From Octopus vulgaris (taxonomy: Eukaryota), in NCBI GenBank assembly GCA_951406725.2, contig OX597832.1, forward strand, positions 22,630,001 through 22,694,000: a stretch of 64,000 nt of DNA, read 5' to 3'. The position numbers and the translations under genes were made by a program. Within the stretch, counting starts at the first letter, position 1, and each line of letters opens with the position of its first letter. Shown one piece after another: positions 1 to 13,125 of the stretch. The notes under the pieces are model-generated. The model searched no databases. It was not told the origin of the DNA and saw only the letters and a program-made list of their open reading frames with translations.

Positions 1-99
1 AAACCTTATCTGCTTCCCCCTTTACACTTTACACCATGTCATTTCTGTGATAACGTTTGCCCTGAGATAACAGGGATGTAGTGAAACACAGGATTTTAA

Positions 100-195
100 T
101 GCTCCTGCTGCTTCTGCTACTTCTGCTACTGCTGCTCCTGCTGCTTCTACTACTTCTGCTACTGCTGCTCCTGCTGCTTCTGCTACTTCTACTAC

Positions 196-258
<63 letters not shown>
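100..258. repeat. Compound (CTG/CTA)n-(GAT)n trinucleotide repeat
   Basis: Direct inspection; source of the poly-L/poly-M ORF 81..428. Confidence 0.95.
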
Positions 259-259
259 C

Positions 260-620
260 TATATTTTTATTGGTAGTTTGTGGTTTAGGTCAGATACAAA
301 TACTAACCAATATTTTTCGATGTCTTTTTTTTCCGTTTGTTTTTAATCTTTTCCTGTTTGGTTATTTTTTCTGTTTATTGCTGAGTTTATTTCTTCGAAT
401 CGTACGTGATTTTGATATATTACTTTAGAGGTTGTTCCTGATATTTATGAGGTTAGCCATAATATATCTGATTTGCAAAATTAGGTCTTATTTTTTTATG
501 TCTCTTACAGTGACATACCTTTTAGAAGCGTCAATAATTATCTTGGTTAATATATGTATCAAATTGTCTATGTTGATAATTGTATTTGATGTCGAGTTCA
601 GAAAACCTTAATTCTGTTAC

Positions 621-670
<50 letters not shown>

Positions 671-900
671 GTTATTGTTATTTGTATTATTATTATGGTA
701 ATCTTTCTATTGTGGTTTCTTTTTGAAGTTTCTAAAAACGTTTTTTGCTTTCTTGATCGATTGTTCGAGTATTTTGTATTGGCAATTAGTAGGTGGTCGG
801 AAGGAAGTCTAAGAATTGTTCTTCAGTCACGTGATCAAAATATCTAGACTATGGTGATGTCTATAGTTTTTTCCCCAATGGCGGTGTTTGCGAAACTGCT
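260..900 (-). pseudogene. Decayed non-LTR retrotransposon ORF2 fragment (AP-endonuclease C-terminus plus linker; Jockey/I-like), split by a (TAT)n tract
   Basis: Minus-strand translation of ~866-780 gives TIDITIV*IF*SRD*RTILRLPSDHLLI (APE 'DIT...SDH' motif), followed by NVFRNFKK; multiple stops. Confidence 0.55.
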
Positions 901-939
901 AACGTGGTGTAGTCGATGTAAAAAAAGCTTGACTTCTTT

Positions 940-1090
940 GAATTTCCTTCTACGAGATCCACTCACAAACCATTTGTCGGCAAGGAGTTATTGTAAAAAA
1001 CATTTTCCCAAGGTGCCACACTGTGGTATTGAACTCCAACCCACATGGTTGAGAAGCAAGATTTTGAGCTACACAGCCAGCCAGTGGTGT
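940..1090 (-). mobile_element. SINE family A 5' half, diverged (near-duplicate at 2180-2340)
   Basis: Matches the reverse complement of the family A head (23517-23680). Confidence 0.8.
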
Positions 1091-1135
1091 TTTTCTTTTT
1101 CTGCTTTGTTTTGGTTTGGTTAGGCCAGGAGCTCA

Positions 1136-1199
<64 letters not shown>

Positions 1200-1676
1200 C
1201 CTAATCTTCAGAAGGGACACATTACAGAACTCAATACGTAAGTGTAGAGTATTTTGTAATACATCATAACTAAAATACTCCTATTTACAGTACTTTGAGA
1301 TGCACATTTCCAACCATACAGTAGGTAGTCCGAGTTCGCTTTTCCATGGGAATATTTGCCGTTTCAATATGTTTTTGAAGCATTGTCTAAAAGCATATGT
1401 ATGTGTGTCTGTGTGTACCTATCAGTAAATGTAATATGTCTGTATATAGCAGACCACAGTATAGAGAAGATTCACGTCGACAGTATCGTTGTAAGTGCCT
1501 TTTATTGTAAGCTTTTGTTTTGTCTCTGCTCTCCGTACATCTTGTTCTGAAGAAAGACAATGCCTTAAACATAACAATTACCCATTTCTGTATGTATGTA
1601 TGTATATGTCTCCATGATAGATCGGTAGCCACTACACATTTTCTCTCCTTGTTTCCCTCTTTGTTTTTTTCTGTCC

Positions 1677-1712
1677 CTTTCTGTTGAAGAGCATAGGTTC
1701 GAAATGTAAAAG
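1677..1712 (+). ncRNA. Minimal hammerhead-like motif (variant core) in a short element ending at (TA)n at 1801
   Basis: cttt-CTGTTGA-a-gagc atag gttc-GAAAT-GTA-aaag; stem I cttt/aaag, A6 changed to U. Confidence 0.5.
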
Positions 1713-1800
1713 ACACTTTAAAATCCTGAGCGTTATGCTAATACATCTGTTTGTTTTGTACACCACCTGTCTTCGTCTTTTTTTTTTCATAAACTCTCCC

Positions 1801-1841
<41 letters not shown>

Positions 1842-4620
1842 TGAGAGAGAGGAAGAGAGAGAGAATAAAGCAGGGGGAGCAAGAACAAACACGGCAGCGA
1901 AAGATGCGTGACGAAAAATTTCCGGATAATGGATAGGCATTAACATAATTTCCGGACAATGGACAGGCACTAAAATAATAAGATAACAGTAATAAAAGAA
2001 TGAAGAGAAAAATATAGTGCGTGTGTTTTGATAAAATAAATAAATAAATAAAAAAATTAAATATCCATCCCAAAATACAACAATATATATATATATATTC
2101 ACACACACATATATATGCATACACACACACACGCACATACACATAAAAAACACAAACACACACGCTGGCTTATATATGGGATTCTTTCAATTTCCTTCTA
2201 CCTGATCCACTCACAAACCATTGGTCGGTATGGAGTTATATAATAAAAGACATTTTCCCCAAGGTGCCACACTGTGGGACTGAACTCAAACCCACATGGT
2301 TGAGAAGCAAGATTCTCAGCTCCACAGCCAGCCTGTAGCTGTTCTTCTGTTTTTATATATTTTTTTGTCTTATTTTGTTTTGACAAAACACATTATTCTA
2401 ACAATTTAAATTCTGGCAAATTGAATTCTGTTAACCTATTTCTGATTTCTGATTAAAAGCATTTCCTTTCAATTATGTCATTAATTTCCTTTCTAAACAA
2501 CAAAACTAAAATGATAGATGATCGTTTCTTATTGTCTTCTTTTTGTCTGGTCGTACAGAAATCGATATATTCTCTTCTTGCTGAAGGTCAATATGATCGC
2601 GTAAATCCACGGTCAAACGCATTCTAACCGTGACCACATCACCATTTTCAAAGTATCTACGCCAATATGATTCAATAAATCTTCTCCTTTATTAAGATGT
2701 TGGGTAAGTCGTGTGGCATGAGTGGTATTTAACTGCTATTTTTTGCAATAAAAAAAACATTTAGAAGACCTCTTGTTGTTTAGCCCTGTTTGAAAACAGG
2801 CATTTTGAATGGTTTTCTAGAAATGACTAGCACAACTTTTTTTTTAACACATTCTATCTAAAACTCCCTTATTTTTAAGTATTGCTGCGTATTACATAAT
2901 GTAATATACGAATCCAGTACGGCATTTCTTGTGATATTTTGTCTTAGATAAACTTCTCAAAGAGATCCATGTGCTAAAATTATTGATTCCACTATTTCAT
3001 TAGTCACATTTTATCGACCTTAAAAGGATGAAAGGCTTGCTACACCTCGACAGAATCTGAACTCGGAAGGTAAAGACGGACGATAGAGTTACTAATATTG
3101 ATTCAGAATCAATATATTGATTTTGATTCTTGTAATTTCACTTAAGACGAATGCAAATATTCCCCAGGTTTCTTTTTTGGTTCGATTTACGGATTTCTTT
3201 GTTTCTCTTTATTTCGGGGATGGGTGGGGATATTCCCTTGAACTCCTCGGACCCAACGAGGCTGTTATCGCTTATCGAAAAGTAATAAAGGATTTCGAGG
3301 AATCTGCTCCATGCTGGATTGGAATTCTGTGTATTTGTATTGATCGTGATGAAGGTTAATGATAAGGGAACGTTATCAAGTCCACGGAAAATACGATCCT
3401 TAATAGGATCTTGTTTTCCTGTAAAAGAGAATTGGATTCTTCTACGCAGAAAATAAAAGTGAAGACAGTGTGAATCTAACTTATACCCATTTTATGCTGT
3501 TCTTTGTACCGTTTCAACCGAAACCATTATAATATATCGATGATATCGAACTGTTGACTACAAGTGAATTTTATAAAGAAAGTCACGAAACTAAAGAATG
3601 GAAAGGCCAAAAAAAAATAATTAAAAATATACAAAATAGAAAATAAATGGGAAAAAAGGATCAACAGAACAGAATAAAAGTTAGAGATAATACACACACA
3701 GATGTATGTATGCATACAGAGAAAACACAGAAAGAAAGAGCGAGAAAAAGAGAGGGACAGAGAGATGAATATAAACAGAAAGATAAATGAATATATTAAG
3801 AGATAAATATATAGAAAACAGAGAAAGAGAAAAGGAATAAAGAATCAAATAGGGAAATCGATAGATAGATATATAGATTAATAAATTATTTAGATGGGTA
3901 CATATGTATATATAAAATGGAAAACAGCAACACGTACCTACATATTTACGTAGTGCGATAGATAAATCGATCGATAAACAGATATTTGGGTAGATACATG
4001 AATACAGGAACTGATTGACATACAGAAACAAACACAACTTAGAATATAAAAAAATATAACGGAATAGAAAAAATGGCGTATGGAAAAAATTATAAAGAAA
4101 AGTGGGTTGGAAAATATGTGGTAAAGACGATAATGTAATAGTGCGTAAAATAAATTGTGAAATGCCAGGTAAAAAGAAAGGTGGGAGTCAGATCAAATAT
4201 AGATTTTGCTGTCCGCTGTTTCAGGAATTTAATTATGATATCCTTGATAATATAACATTGCGTATTTCCTTACTGTTTTTTTTCTGTATTTGTTGACTCC
4301 TAATCAAAGGGAAAAACTTCGATTTTGACCGGGTATTTTATTGATTGAAACGAAGGGAAATGCTAAATACAATTGATGAAATTAATTTGGTTAACTGCGA
4401 CTTGGCGATAAGTGGAAGGTAGAAAATGAAAGGTGAACAGTTAATTATATTGCTTTAAATGCAGACAATATAAATGGTTTCAAAGTTGTCACAGGGCCAG
4501 CAATGTGAAGTGTGAGGCGTAGGAAAATAGCTGGTTTGTCCGATCCCAGTATTGGACAACTATTTTACTCTAGTGAACTCCAGAATGTAAGTCAAACTTG
4601 ATCTCGACTGAATTTAAGTA

Positions 4621-5126
4621 CCGTAAATCCTCGAGTATAGTCCGCCCTTGAGTATAATACGCAGGGGATTTTTAAGGGGTTGTACCTCTGAAAAACCTAA
4701 ACTCTGTGTATAATATACACCCCTTCTCTAACTTCAGTGGTGCGTAATTAAGCCAACAGCACCTAGTCGAACAAACACTTCCGTGCATGCGTAATACAAT
4801 AATGGTGATGTTCTTAACTGTTATATGGGAATGTAAATATGTTTGCAAATTGTTTTTGTTACGCGTTATTCTGTGTTCTGAATACTTTTATTTTAATAAA
4901 TGCTGCTTACTGCAAGTTATGGATGATTCTTTTATGACTTCATTGCTTTCAGGCTTAGCTTAATGTATTTTCGCATCCGACATCACAAAATGCCGGACAG
5001 CAAATAGAGACTCGGGCATTGCTTAGAAAATATTTTTCGTTTATACCCTCGTATATAGTACGTATATAGGGATTTTGCCCTTTAAATTTTGGGGAGAAAA
5101 TGCAGATTATACTCGAGGATTTACAG
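4621..5126. mobile_element. Non-autonomous Tc1/mariner-superfamily (pogo-like) MITE, 506 bp
   Basis: TA|CCGTAAATCCTCGAGTATAGTCCGC ... GCAGATTATACTCGAGGATTTACAG|TA; ~25-bp TIRs, TA target duplication. Confidence 0.85.
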
Positions 5127-5556
5127 TATAGAATGCAATAGGTCAAATAAATTTTACTCGGTGCTCTACAGATTCTGCTGTCCGTTGCTTTAAATTCAAA
5201 TAATATTTCAAATTTTGGTTCAAGGCTAGCAATTCCAGCAATTTTAAGGAGGATGAAGATAGTCGATCACATTTATCCAAATTCTAGTTATGAATGCCTA
5301 TGTTAACCTCGGAGGAATTTCAACTCAGAATGTAAAGAATCGGAAATAATGCCGCCAAGCATTTTGTTCGACGCTCTAGTGACACAAGCAGCTCATCGAC
5401 GTAAATTAAAATTATGTAAATACAGACAGGCAATAAGATGGCAGTGGTTTTAATAAGTTTACTATACTTGGCCGTCTTCTATTATAATTCCCGTCTCCCA
5501 TCAAGGATACATTATCGAAAGACACACACACATACACACATATATATGTATGTATA

Positions 5557-5880
<324 letters not shown>

Positions 5881-6269
5881 CATATGATTTATTTATATCT
5901 ATATATATATTCATATACATACCTGATAAATTAATGAATCTGGGAGGCTGATAAGGCAATTTGATGTTGGTGTGATTTGAAGTCAAAGCCATAGAAATCT
6001 TTTGTCCCAAATGCTGTGAGGCATTTGCCCACTCGAGTTGTAAACTGAAGTAGGGGAGTCGAAGCCCTTAATGTCTTGTTACGGAGATGTCTTCACGACT
6101 ACAGCCACGCATACGCGCGCGCGCGCACACACACACGCACACATACATACACGTGCACACATACACGTGCATACACAAACACGCACGCATACATAAACAC
6201 ACAGACACACACAATCAAACACACATTCTTTAATAATACCAAATTTGGAAATGTGTGTTATAATTTTGC

Positions 6270-6500
6270 TTTTACTTTCACTTGTTTCAGCCGTTTGACT
6301 GCGGCCATGCTGGAGCACCGCCTTTAGTCGAGCAAATCGCCCCCTAAGACTTATTCTTTGTAAGCCTAGTACTTATTCTATCGGTATCTTTTGCCGAAAC
6401 GCTAAGTTACGGGGACGTAAACACGCCAGCATCGGTTGTCAAGCGATTTTGGGGGGGGGACAAACACAGACACAAACATATACACACGCACACACACTCA

Positions 6501-6550
<50 letters not shown>

Positions 6551-7118
6551 GAGAGAGAGAGACATATATACGACGGGCTTCTTTCAGTTTCCGTCTACTA
6601 AATCCATTCACAAGGCTTTGGTCTGCCTGGGACTATAGTAGAAGGCACTTGCCGAAGGTGCCACGCAGTGAGATTGAACCGGGAACCATGTGGTTCGTAA
6701 GCAAGGTACTTTATTTCATAAAATTTGCCATATAGACAGTACAAAGATTGTGTAGCTTTGCGGGCTGGACAAACACATTAATGAATGAAAATGAAATAAA
6801 ATGAATAAATGAGAGACGAAACCCAACACCCGCCGATTGGATTTTTCTCGAAGAACATATTTTCTTTTTTTTTTAAATCAATATGAGATTTCAAACCCCT
6901 TACAAGAAGGAGGCACTAAAACCTCTTACTTAACATGTTTTTTTTAAACACACAATTGAGGTTATAAACCACTACAAATAATACAACACGATGAAGTTTC
7001 AAACCCTCTTTTCACCTACTACTCATCGATATATTCATCAATATATCCATCATTATCTTCAATGCCGCTTGAGTTCCTGTAGTAAGCAAGCTGCTTACCA
7101 CACAGCCACTCCTACGCC
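6270..7118 (-). mobile_element. SINE family A, interrupted by a 376-bp insertion (6706-7081)
   Basis: Body 6270-6705 resumes at 7082-7118; GTAAGCAAG duplicated at 6697-6705 and 7082-7090. Confidence 0.9.
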
Positions 7119-7519
7119 TATATGCGGATATTTTCCTACAAGACACTAATCCACTAAAAATGAATAGTCTCTATAGATAAAATATCTTAGTTAACTGCAG
7201 TAAATCCTTGGAAATAATTCGAAAGTAGAAAAAGGAGACTGGAATGAATAATGTTAGGTGATTGGTGTGTTCTTTTACTTCATGGACAATAAAAGAATTT
7301 GAAACGGAATAACACAAAATATTTTTTAAAATGGCGAGCGAGATTTTTGTCAGCAATAGAAAATAATGTTTCGAATATAATGAGAGAAGACAAATTTGAA
7401 ATATGCTAAATCAACGCCCCAAAACTTCTGTAAAAAATATGCCAAGATAATTTCTTCACTGTAATTTTCTGAAATCGATTTACCATATATCCAATATGAA
7501 ATCCGTCAATGTCTGAAAA

Positions 7520-7838
7520 GCGTTACATTTTTCAATGCATCATCCTGTGGTGCACCTAGACACATTATTGGTGATGTCTCCCGGAGTTATTGGTGTTTCG
7601 AATGTTTTTAACAACACGGCGCCCTCACCCAAAGCGAACCATCAATGATTGATTAAACCCCAGGTTTTTCCCAGTATTGCTCCTTCTAAGGGTCATACTG
7701 CCTAATCCATATCATGCTTGAAAAATCCCTATTAACTACTTGATGGATTTCTGCTTACTAGCCTATGAAATGTCCAGCATATTGCAGGCCCGGCAGAGAG
7801 ACTTGCATAAAAATTCTCTGCATTCCACCTCGATGGGA
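7520..7838 (-). pseudogene. 3' end of a HERO-clade (RLE) non-LTR retrotransposon: ORF C-terminus plus 3' UTR
   Basis: Minus strand PIEVECREFLCKSLCRACNMLDIS*ASKQKSIK resembles the HERO 'PVEVGCRGF...SL.RA..MLGI' terminus (recalled motif). Confidence 0.65.
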
Positions 7839-7914
7839 TGTTGCTGTTGTTACTATCACTGTCACTGAACCTTTTCTAGTTTTATTGTTGTTGTTTGTGC
7901 TGTTGCTGCTGTTG

Positions 7915-8480
7915 TCTTCTTCTTCTTCTTCTTCTTCTTCTTCTTCTTCTTCTTCTTCTTCTTCTTCTTCTTCTTCTTCTTCTTCTTCTTCTTCTTCTTC
8001 TTCCAATCAGGACTCACGTCATTACCCACAATGAATAATCCATAATTCGAGCCTACTCTAAGCTACTAAGAATGCGGGTGGCAACTTGAAGATCCACCCA
8101 CCACACACGCGATAGACTGGCGGTTCCACGGGCGCGAAAGCTACGTTGTTATCCTCATTCGGTAAACGGTGGCTTTTAACGGGTGGAGAGCTGAACCATC
8201 ATGGGGTACAGAAGCTTTGCAATCTAGACGAGGGCCTGAAAGTTTACCGCACTATAGTGGGTTACACCATGGTTCCTCTGCTTTGTGGCAGAAGTAGGAA
8301 GAAAGAGTGGGAGAAAGTTGTGGTGAAAGAGTATAGCGGGGTTCACCCCTCCCCGCCGGATCCTCGTGGAGCTTAGGTGTTTTTACTCAATAAACACTCA
8401 CAATGCCCGGTCTGGGAATCGAAACCGCGTTTTTACGACTGCGTGTCCGCTGCCCTAACAACTGGGCCATTGCGCCTCCA
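7915..8480 (-). mobile_element. tRNA-derived SINE: head C plus a distinct 3' module ending in a (GAA)n tail
   Basis: Head GGAGGCGCAATGGCCCAGT...GGTTTCGATTCCC (A/B-box-like) shared with 16197-16582; tail (TCT)n 7915-8003 on + strand. Confidence 0.8.
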
Positions 8481-9176
8481 CTTGCTGTTGCTGTTGTGGT
8501 TGTTGTTGTTGCAGTTGCGTTGCTGTTGTTCTTGATGTTTCTCTCCAAGTCAGCTCTTATTGCAATGACATATTTTCAAAACCGTTCAAATCATGGCTGA
8601 CACATCTTTTGATTCCCAGCAAAAGTTCACCATGGACTACATTATCTAATGTGCGCGAATTTTAAACGCGTAGAGCTTAGTCACTCGGAAAGATTTGGCT
8701 GGTATTTTTAGCAGAAGAATTAATCAGATAGAAACCCCTACGCTGACTTGTAAATTGAAGTTACCACCAAGAATACAAGTGAATCAATCGCTCCTTTGAT
8801 CGATATATCAAGAACTGATATCTCTGATGAACAATCGATATATCAAAGATGAAAAACATCGTGATGACAAGAAGCGTATTTGGAAGAACAAGAAGATAAG
8901 ATTAATAAGAATCGATACATTGGATATGACGATAAAGCGAAATAATCACAAGTAACTCCGCCACATTCGCAATGGCAATCTTGTTAATGGTCATACTACA
9001 AGAAGAGTGTCTTGTAGATGCATTTTCTTGACGACCTAGTGACCATATTGAGGTTGTCACTAGGTCAGTTAGAAAATGCAGTGAAATTACTTTAAAAGTT
9101 ATATCCACCGTTTAAGACTGAGTACAATATAAGGCAACGTAGCTTCTGTTAACACATACATACAAACACGCCTATC

Positions 9177-9274
<98 letters not shown>

Positions 9275-9313
9275 ATATATATATATTTATCTATCTATCT
9301 GTTTATCACTCTC

Positions 9314-9358
<45 letters not shown>

Positions 9359-9618
9359 GAAAAGTAAGAAGAAAAATAAACGCAAATGCACATTGGAAAT
9401 CAAAACAAAAAGCCTTTTATGAAAAATAACGAAAAATATACACAATTTGATGAACTGAGGTAAGAATAAAAGTAATAAAAGTCATTATTGTGAATTGTTA
9501 AAGAGATTTAAAAGCATACCGGTTACGTAAATTACTAATTACTGCTTTGAGTGCACACCGATTAATGAGCGGTGTCAGGTCTAATATGTTTTGTAAAATA
9601 TTTCTATTATATATATAT

Positions 9619-9782
9619 ATATATAAGTACATTAAAAGGCCCTCTAAAAGAAGAAGCAAGTACTAGATACACAAAAGTGGATAAATTCAATGAAATGAAT
9701 GTTCATTTCATTGAATTTATCCACTTTTTGTGTAACTAGTACTTGCTTCTTCTTTTAGAGGCCTTTTAATGTACTTATATAT
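9619..9782. repeat. Near-perfect ~80-bp-arm palindrome between (TA)n tracts
   Basis: 9619-9699 is the reverse complement of 9702-9782 with 1 mismatch and 2 single-base indels. Confidence 0.95.
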
Positions 9783-10178
9783 GAATAACATATAGCCTAA
9801 TGGCTAATTTCTCTTTTGTGCTAGATCACCGGTAATAATAATTTATTTTATTACCTTTTTACTATATATATATATATATATATATAAATATATATCTAGG
9901 AACAAGCATTACTGACGAGCATTAATTTCCATTAAGAACAATTGAGAACACATTCTTCGTGGTAATGGCGATTTGACGTCTATGTTTAGCATATTAGGAG
10001 TCCACTTTAGTGGTCATTCTCTTAATTTTGTATGTAACAATTTTTAATTTTCGGATTTTTAAAATATGCTAAGCCACTGGTTTTAAGTTATTAATATCAA
10101 TTCTTACCCTTATAGGTGGTGCTATTAAGTTAGACATGGCCTGGGCCAATAATGGCCGAAACCTATCAAAGTATCAAA

Positions 10179-10214
<36 letters not shown>

Positions 10215-10427
10215 AGCGAACACACAGTCGCTGATTTTGCAACCAGCAAAAAATGCTCGTTCGAACGCACGATCTTGCAATCGCAAGTGCGACGATCTGA
10301 GCAGTAAGCCACGTGCCTTTAGGACAGACGCACACGCACCCCACAAATACACAATACACTTACACACTCACACACACATTTATTACGTACATACACACAT
10401 TTGTGCATATCTCTATACGTATCTTGT

Positions 10428-10830
10428 TTCTTTATTGCCTACAAGGGGCTAAACATAGAGGGGGCAAACAAGGACAGACAAGGAGATTAAGTCGATTACA
10501 TCGACCCCCAGTGCGTAATTGGTACTTAATTTATCGACCACGAAAGGATAATAGAGAATGTCGACCTCAGCGGAATTTGAACTCAGAACGAAATACCTAT
10601 TTCTTTACTACCCACAAGGGGCTAAACATAGAGGGGACAAACAAGGACAGACATACGGATTAAGTAGATTACATCGACCCCCAGTGCGTAACTGGTACTT
10701 AATTTATCGACCCCGAAAGGATGAAAGGCAAAGTCAACCTCGGCGGAATTTGAACTCAGAATGTAACGGCAGACGAAATACCGCAAAGCATTTCGCCCAG
10801 CGTGCTAACCTTTCTGCGAGCTCGCCGCCT
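10428..10830 (-). mobile_element. SINE family B, tandem dimer
   Basis: Reverse complement of GGCGGCGAGCT...GACTTTGCCTTTCATCCTTTCGGGGTCGATAAATTAAGTACCAG...GTAAAGAAATAG, unit repeated. Confidence 0.9.
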
Positions 10831-11785
10831 TAATCTCTATACGTATCTGTCCATCTATCGATCAACCCGTCTCTTTGTCAGTTTGTATGCTTGCATCCTT
10901 GCATGCGTTCCTCTTCGTAGCCAATGCGCGTTCGTTACACATCCATAAATTACTTCGCAATCTTCTTCTCTTGTCCGCCATTTTGTCGCGCTAACTTTAC
11001 CAATCAAGAAACAGCGACGATACCATGTCAACTCGGATAACGGATCCCTTCTATCACACATACCTACCTATTACTCGCTTCACTAAGTTTTATTTACAAA
11101 CGCAAGGAATCTACAATTTGTACTGGCAACGCATACCATGATAATAAAAAGACAACAGCAACAACAAAACAATAGAGTTAATCAAATATACCAGAGGTAG
11201 TTTGCTTTATTATTAACCTTTCTCTCTAAATCATCCTATTCATTATCGCATTTCTTTCAACAATACTTTCCATGTATACCACAATTCCAGTTGCATTGCG
11301 TTGAATCACTGGAATTGTACAACGGAACAGAAAATGGCACTTTTCCGCAATTTCTCAAAAGCAGCTATCGTGTCATAAATATAGTGTTCTTCCTAATCAA
11401 GATGGATGGACGAATCACATTTGGTATCAGTCTTACTTGTCTGTCTGATAGATTGCGTCTCACAAATTTTGACATCAGCGTAGATTGTGTTAGGAATCGA
11501 TTTTCAATAATTATCGCTTGCAATATACAGTTTGTCGGTGTTTAAGGCTAGTAATTATTTCGTGTTCACGTAGTATTTTAATTTTAAGATTCCTATATTA
11601 CTTTCAGTTATTGGACGCTTCCACCATGATGGATCACGTGATTTCAAGTCTTCGTTTTATATTATCGTTTCGATTCCACCATTTACTTCAGTTACCTAAT
11701 TATTTAATTAGTCTTTATTTGTTGAACTGCTAGATAAATTGGTGCAAACATAAACACACCCATAGTTATTTATCTTATATATATA

Positions 11786-12011
11786 GGCGAGCTGGCACAA
11801 CCGTTAGCACACTGGGCGAAATGCGTAGCCGTATTTCGTCTGCCGTTACGTTCTGGGTTCAAATTCCGTCGAGGTCGACTTTGCCTTTCATCCTTTCGGG
11901 GTCGATAAATTAAGTACCAGTTACGCACTGGGGTCAATGTAATCGACTTAATCCCTTTGTCTGTCCTTGTTTGTCCCCTCTATGTTTAGCCCCTTGTGGG
12001 TAGTAAAGAAA
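11786..12011 (+). mobile_element. SINE family B
   Basis: Same consensus as 16898-17129. Confidence 0.9.
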
Positions 12012-12107
12012 TATATATATATATATATATGTGTGTGTGATATTATTATTATTATTATTAATATTATTATTATTATTATTATGGAGATACACCGGGGGAC
12101 GTGGGAA

Positions 12108-12150
<43 letters not shown>

Positions 12151-12234
12151 GAGTGAGAAAGCAACGCATGCCATGAAAATGATACTGGGATAAAATATAT
12201 GAAGCCCAATATACCCATCATTATCCTCATGGTT

Positions 12235-12540
12235 TAGGGTTCAGTCCCACAACATGGGATCTTGGGTAAGTGTCTTCTACTATAACTTCGAACCAACCAA
12301 ACCTCGTGCGTAGATTTGGTAGAAGGAAAGTGGAAGAAGCTCGTCACATATATACAAGTATGTGTGTGTGTGTGTGTCTCGCCGCCATCATAGCTTAGCG
12401 GTTTGGCAAAAGGGATCAATAAAATAAGTATTAGGTTTACAAAGAATAAATCCTGGGGTCGATTTCTTCGACTAACACCCTTTAAGGTTATGCTCCAGCA
12501 TGGCCGTAATCAAATGACTGAAGCAAGTAAAAGAACAAAA
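12235..12540 (+). mobile_element. SINE family A, 5'-truncated and diverged
   Basis: GGGTTCAGTCCCAC...TGCTCCAGCATGGCCG...AAATGACTGAA matches family A. Confidence 0.8.
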
Positions 12541-12546
12541 GGAAAA

Positions 12547-12614
<68 letters not shown>

Positions 12615-12734
12615 ATGTAAACTCTAATTGACGCCGCCTTGCAATGGGATCGAACCAGGAACCACATACGCACTAGAGGTAGACATAATGCTTTCTTCTG
12701 TTTACTTTGAGTTTTTGATATTCTGAATCAATAA

Positions 12735-13125
12735 GGCGACAAGCTGGCAGAAATGTTAGCATGCCGGGAGAAATGCTTCACTGTATTCTGTCTGCCGTTA
12801 CGTTCTGAGTTCAAATTCCGCCGAGGTCGACTTTGCCTTTCGGGGGTCGATTAAATAAGTACCAGTTACGCACTGGGGTCGATGTAATCGACTTAATCCG
12901 TTTGTCTGTCCTTGTATGTCCTCTCTGTGCTTAGCCCTTTGTGTGTAGTAAAGAAATAGGTATTTCGCCTGCCTTACGTTCTGAGTTCAAATTCCGCCGA
13001 GGTCGACTTTGCCTTTCGGGGTCGAGTAAATAAGTACCAGTGACGCTCTAGGTTCAATGTAATTGACTTAATCCCCTTGCTTGTCTTCTCTATGTTGTTT
13101 AGTCCCCTGTGGCCTATAAAGAAAC
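12735..13125 (+). mobile_element. SINE family B, tandem dimer
   Basis: Unit junction AAAGAAATAG|GTATTTCG at ~12960. Confidence 0.9.

Noticed and set aside
216-225. CTGATGA matches here and at 8824, 9912, 32394, 35586, 51827, 58369
   Set aside because: They lie in microsatellite or SINE sequence, or lack a correctly placed GAAA, stem II and NUH
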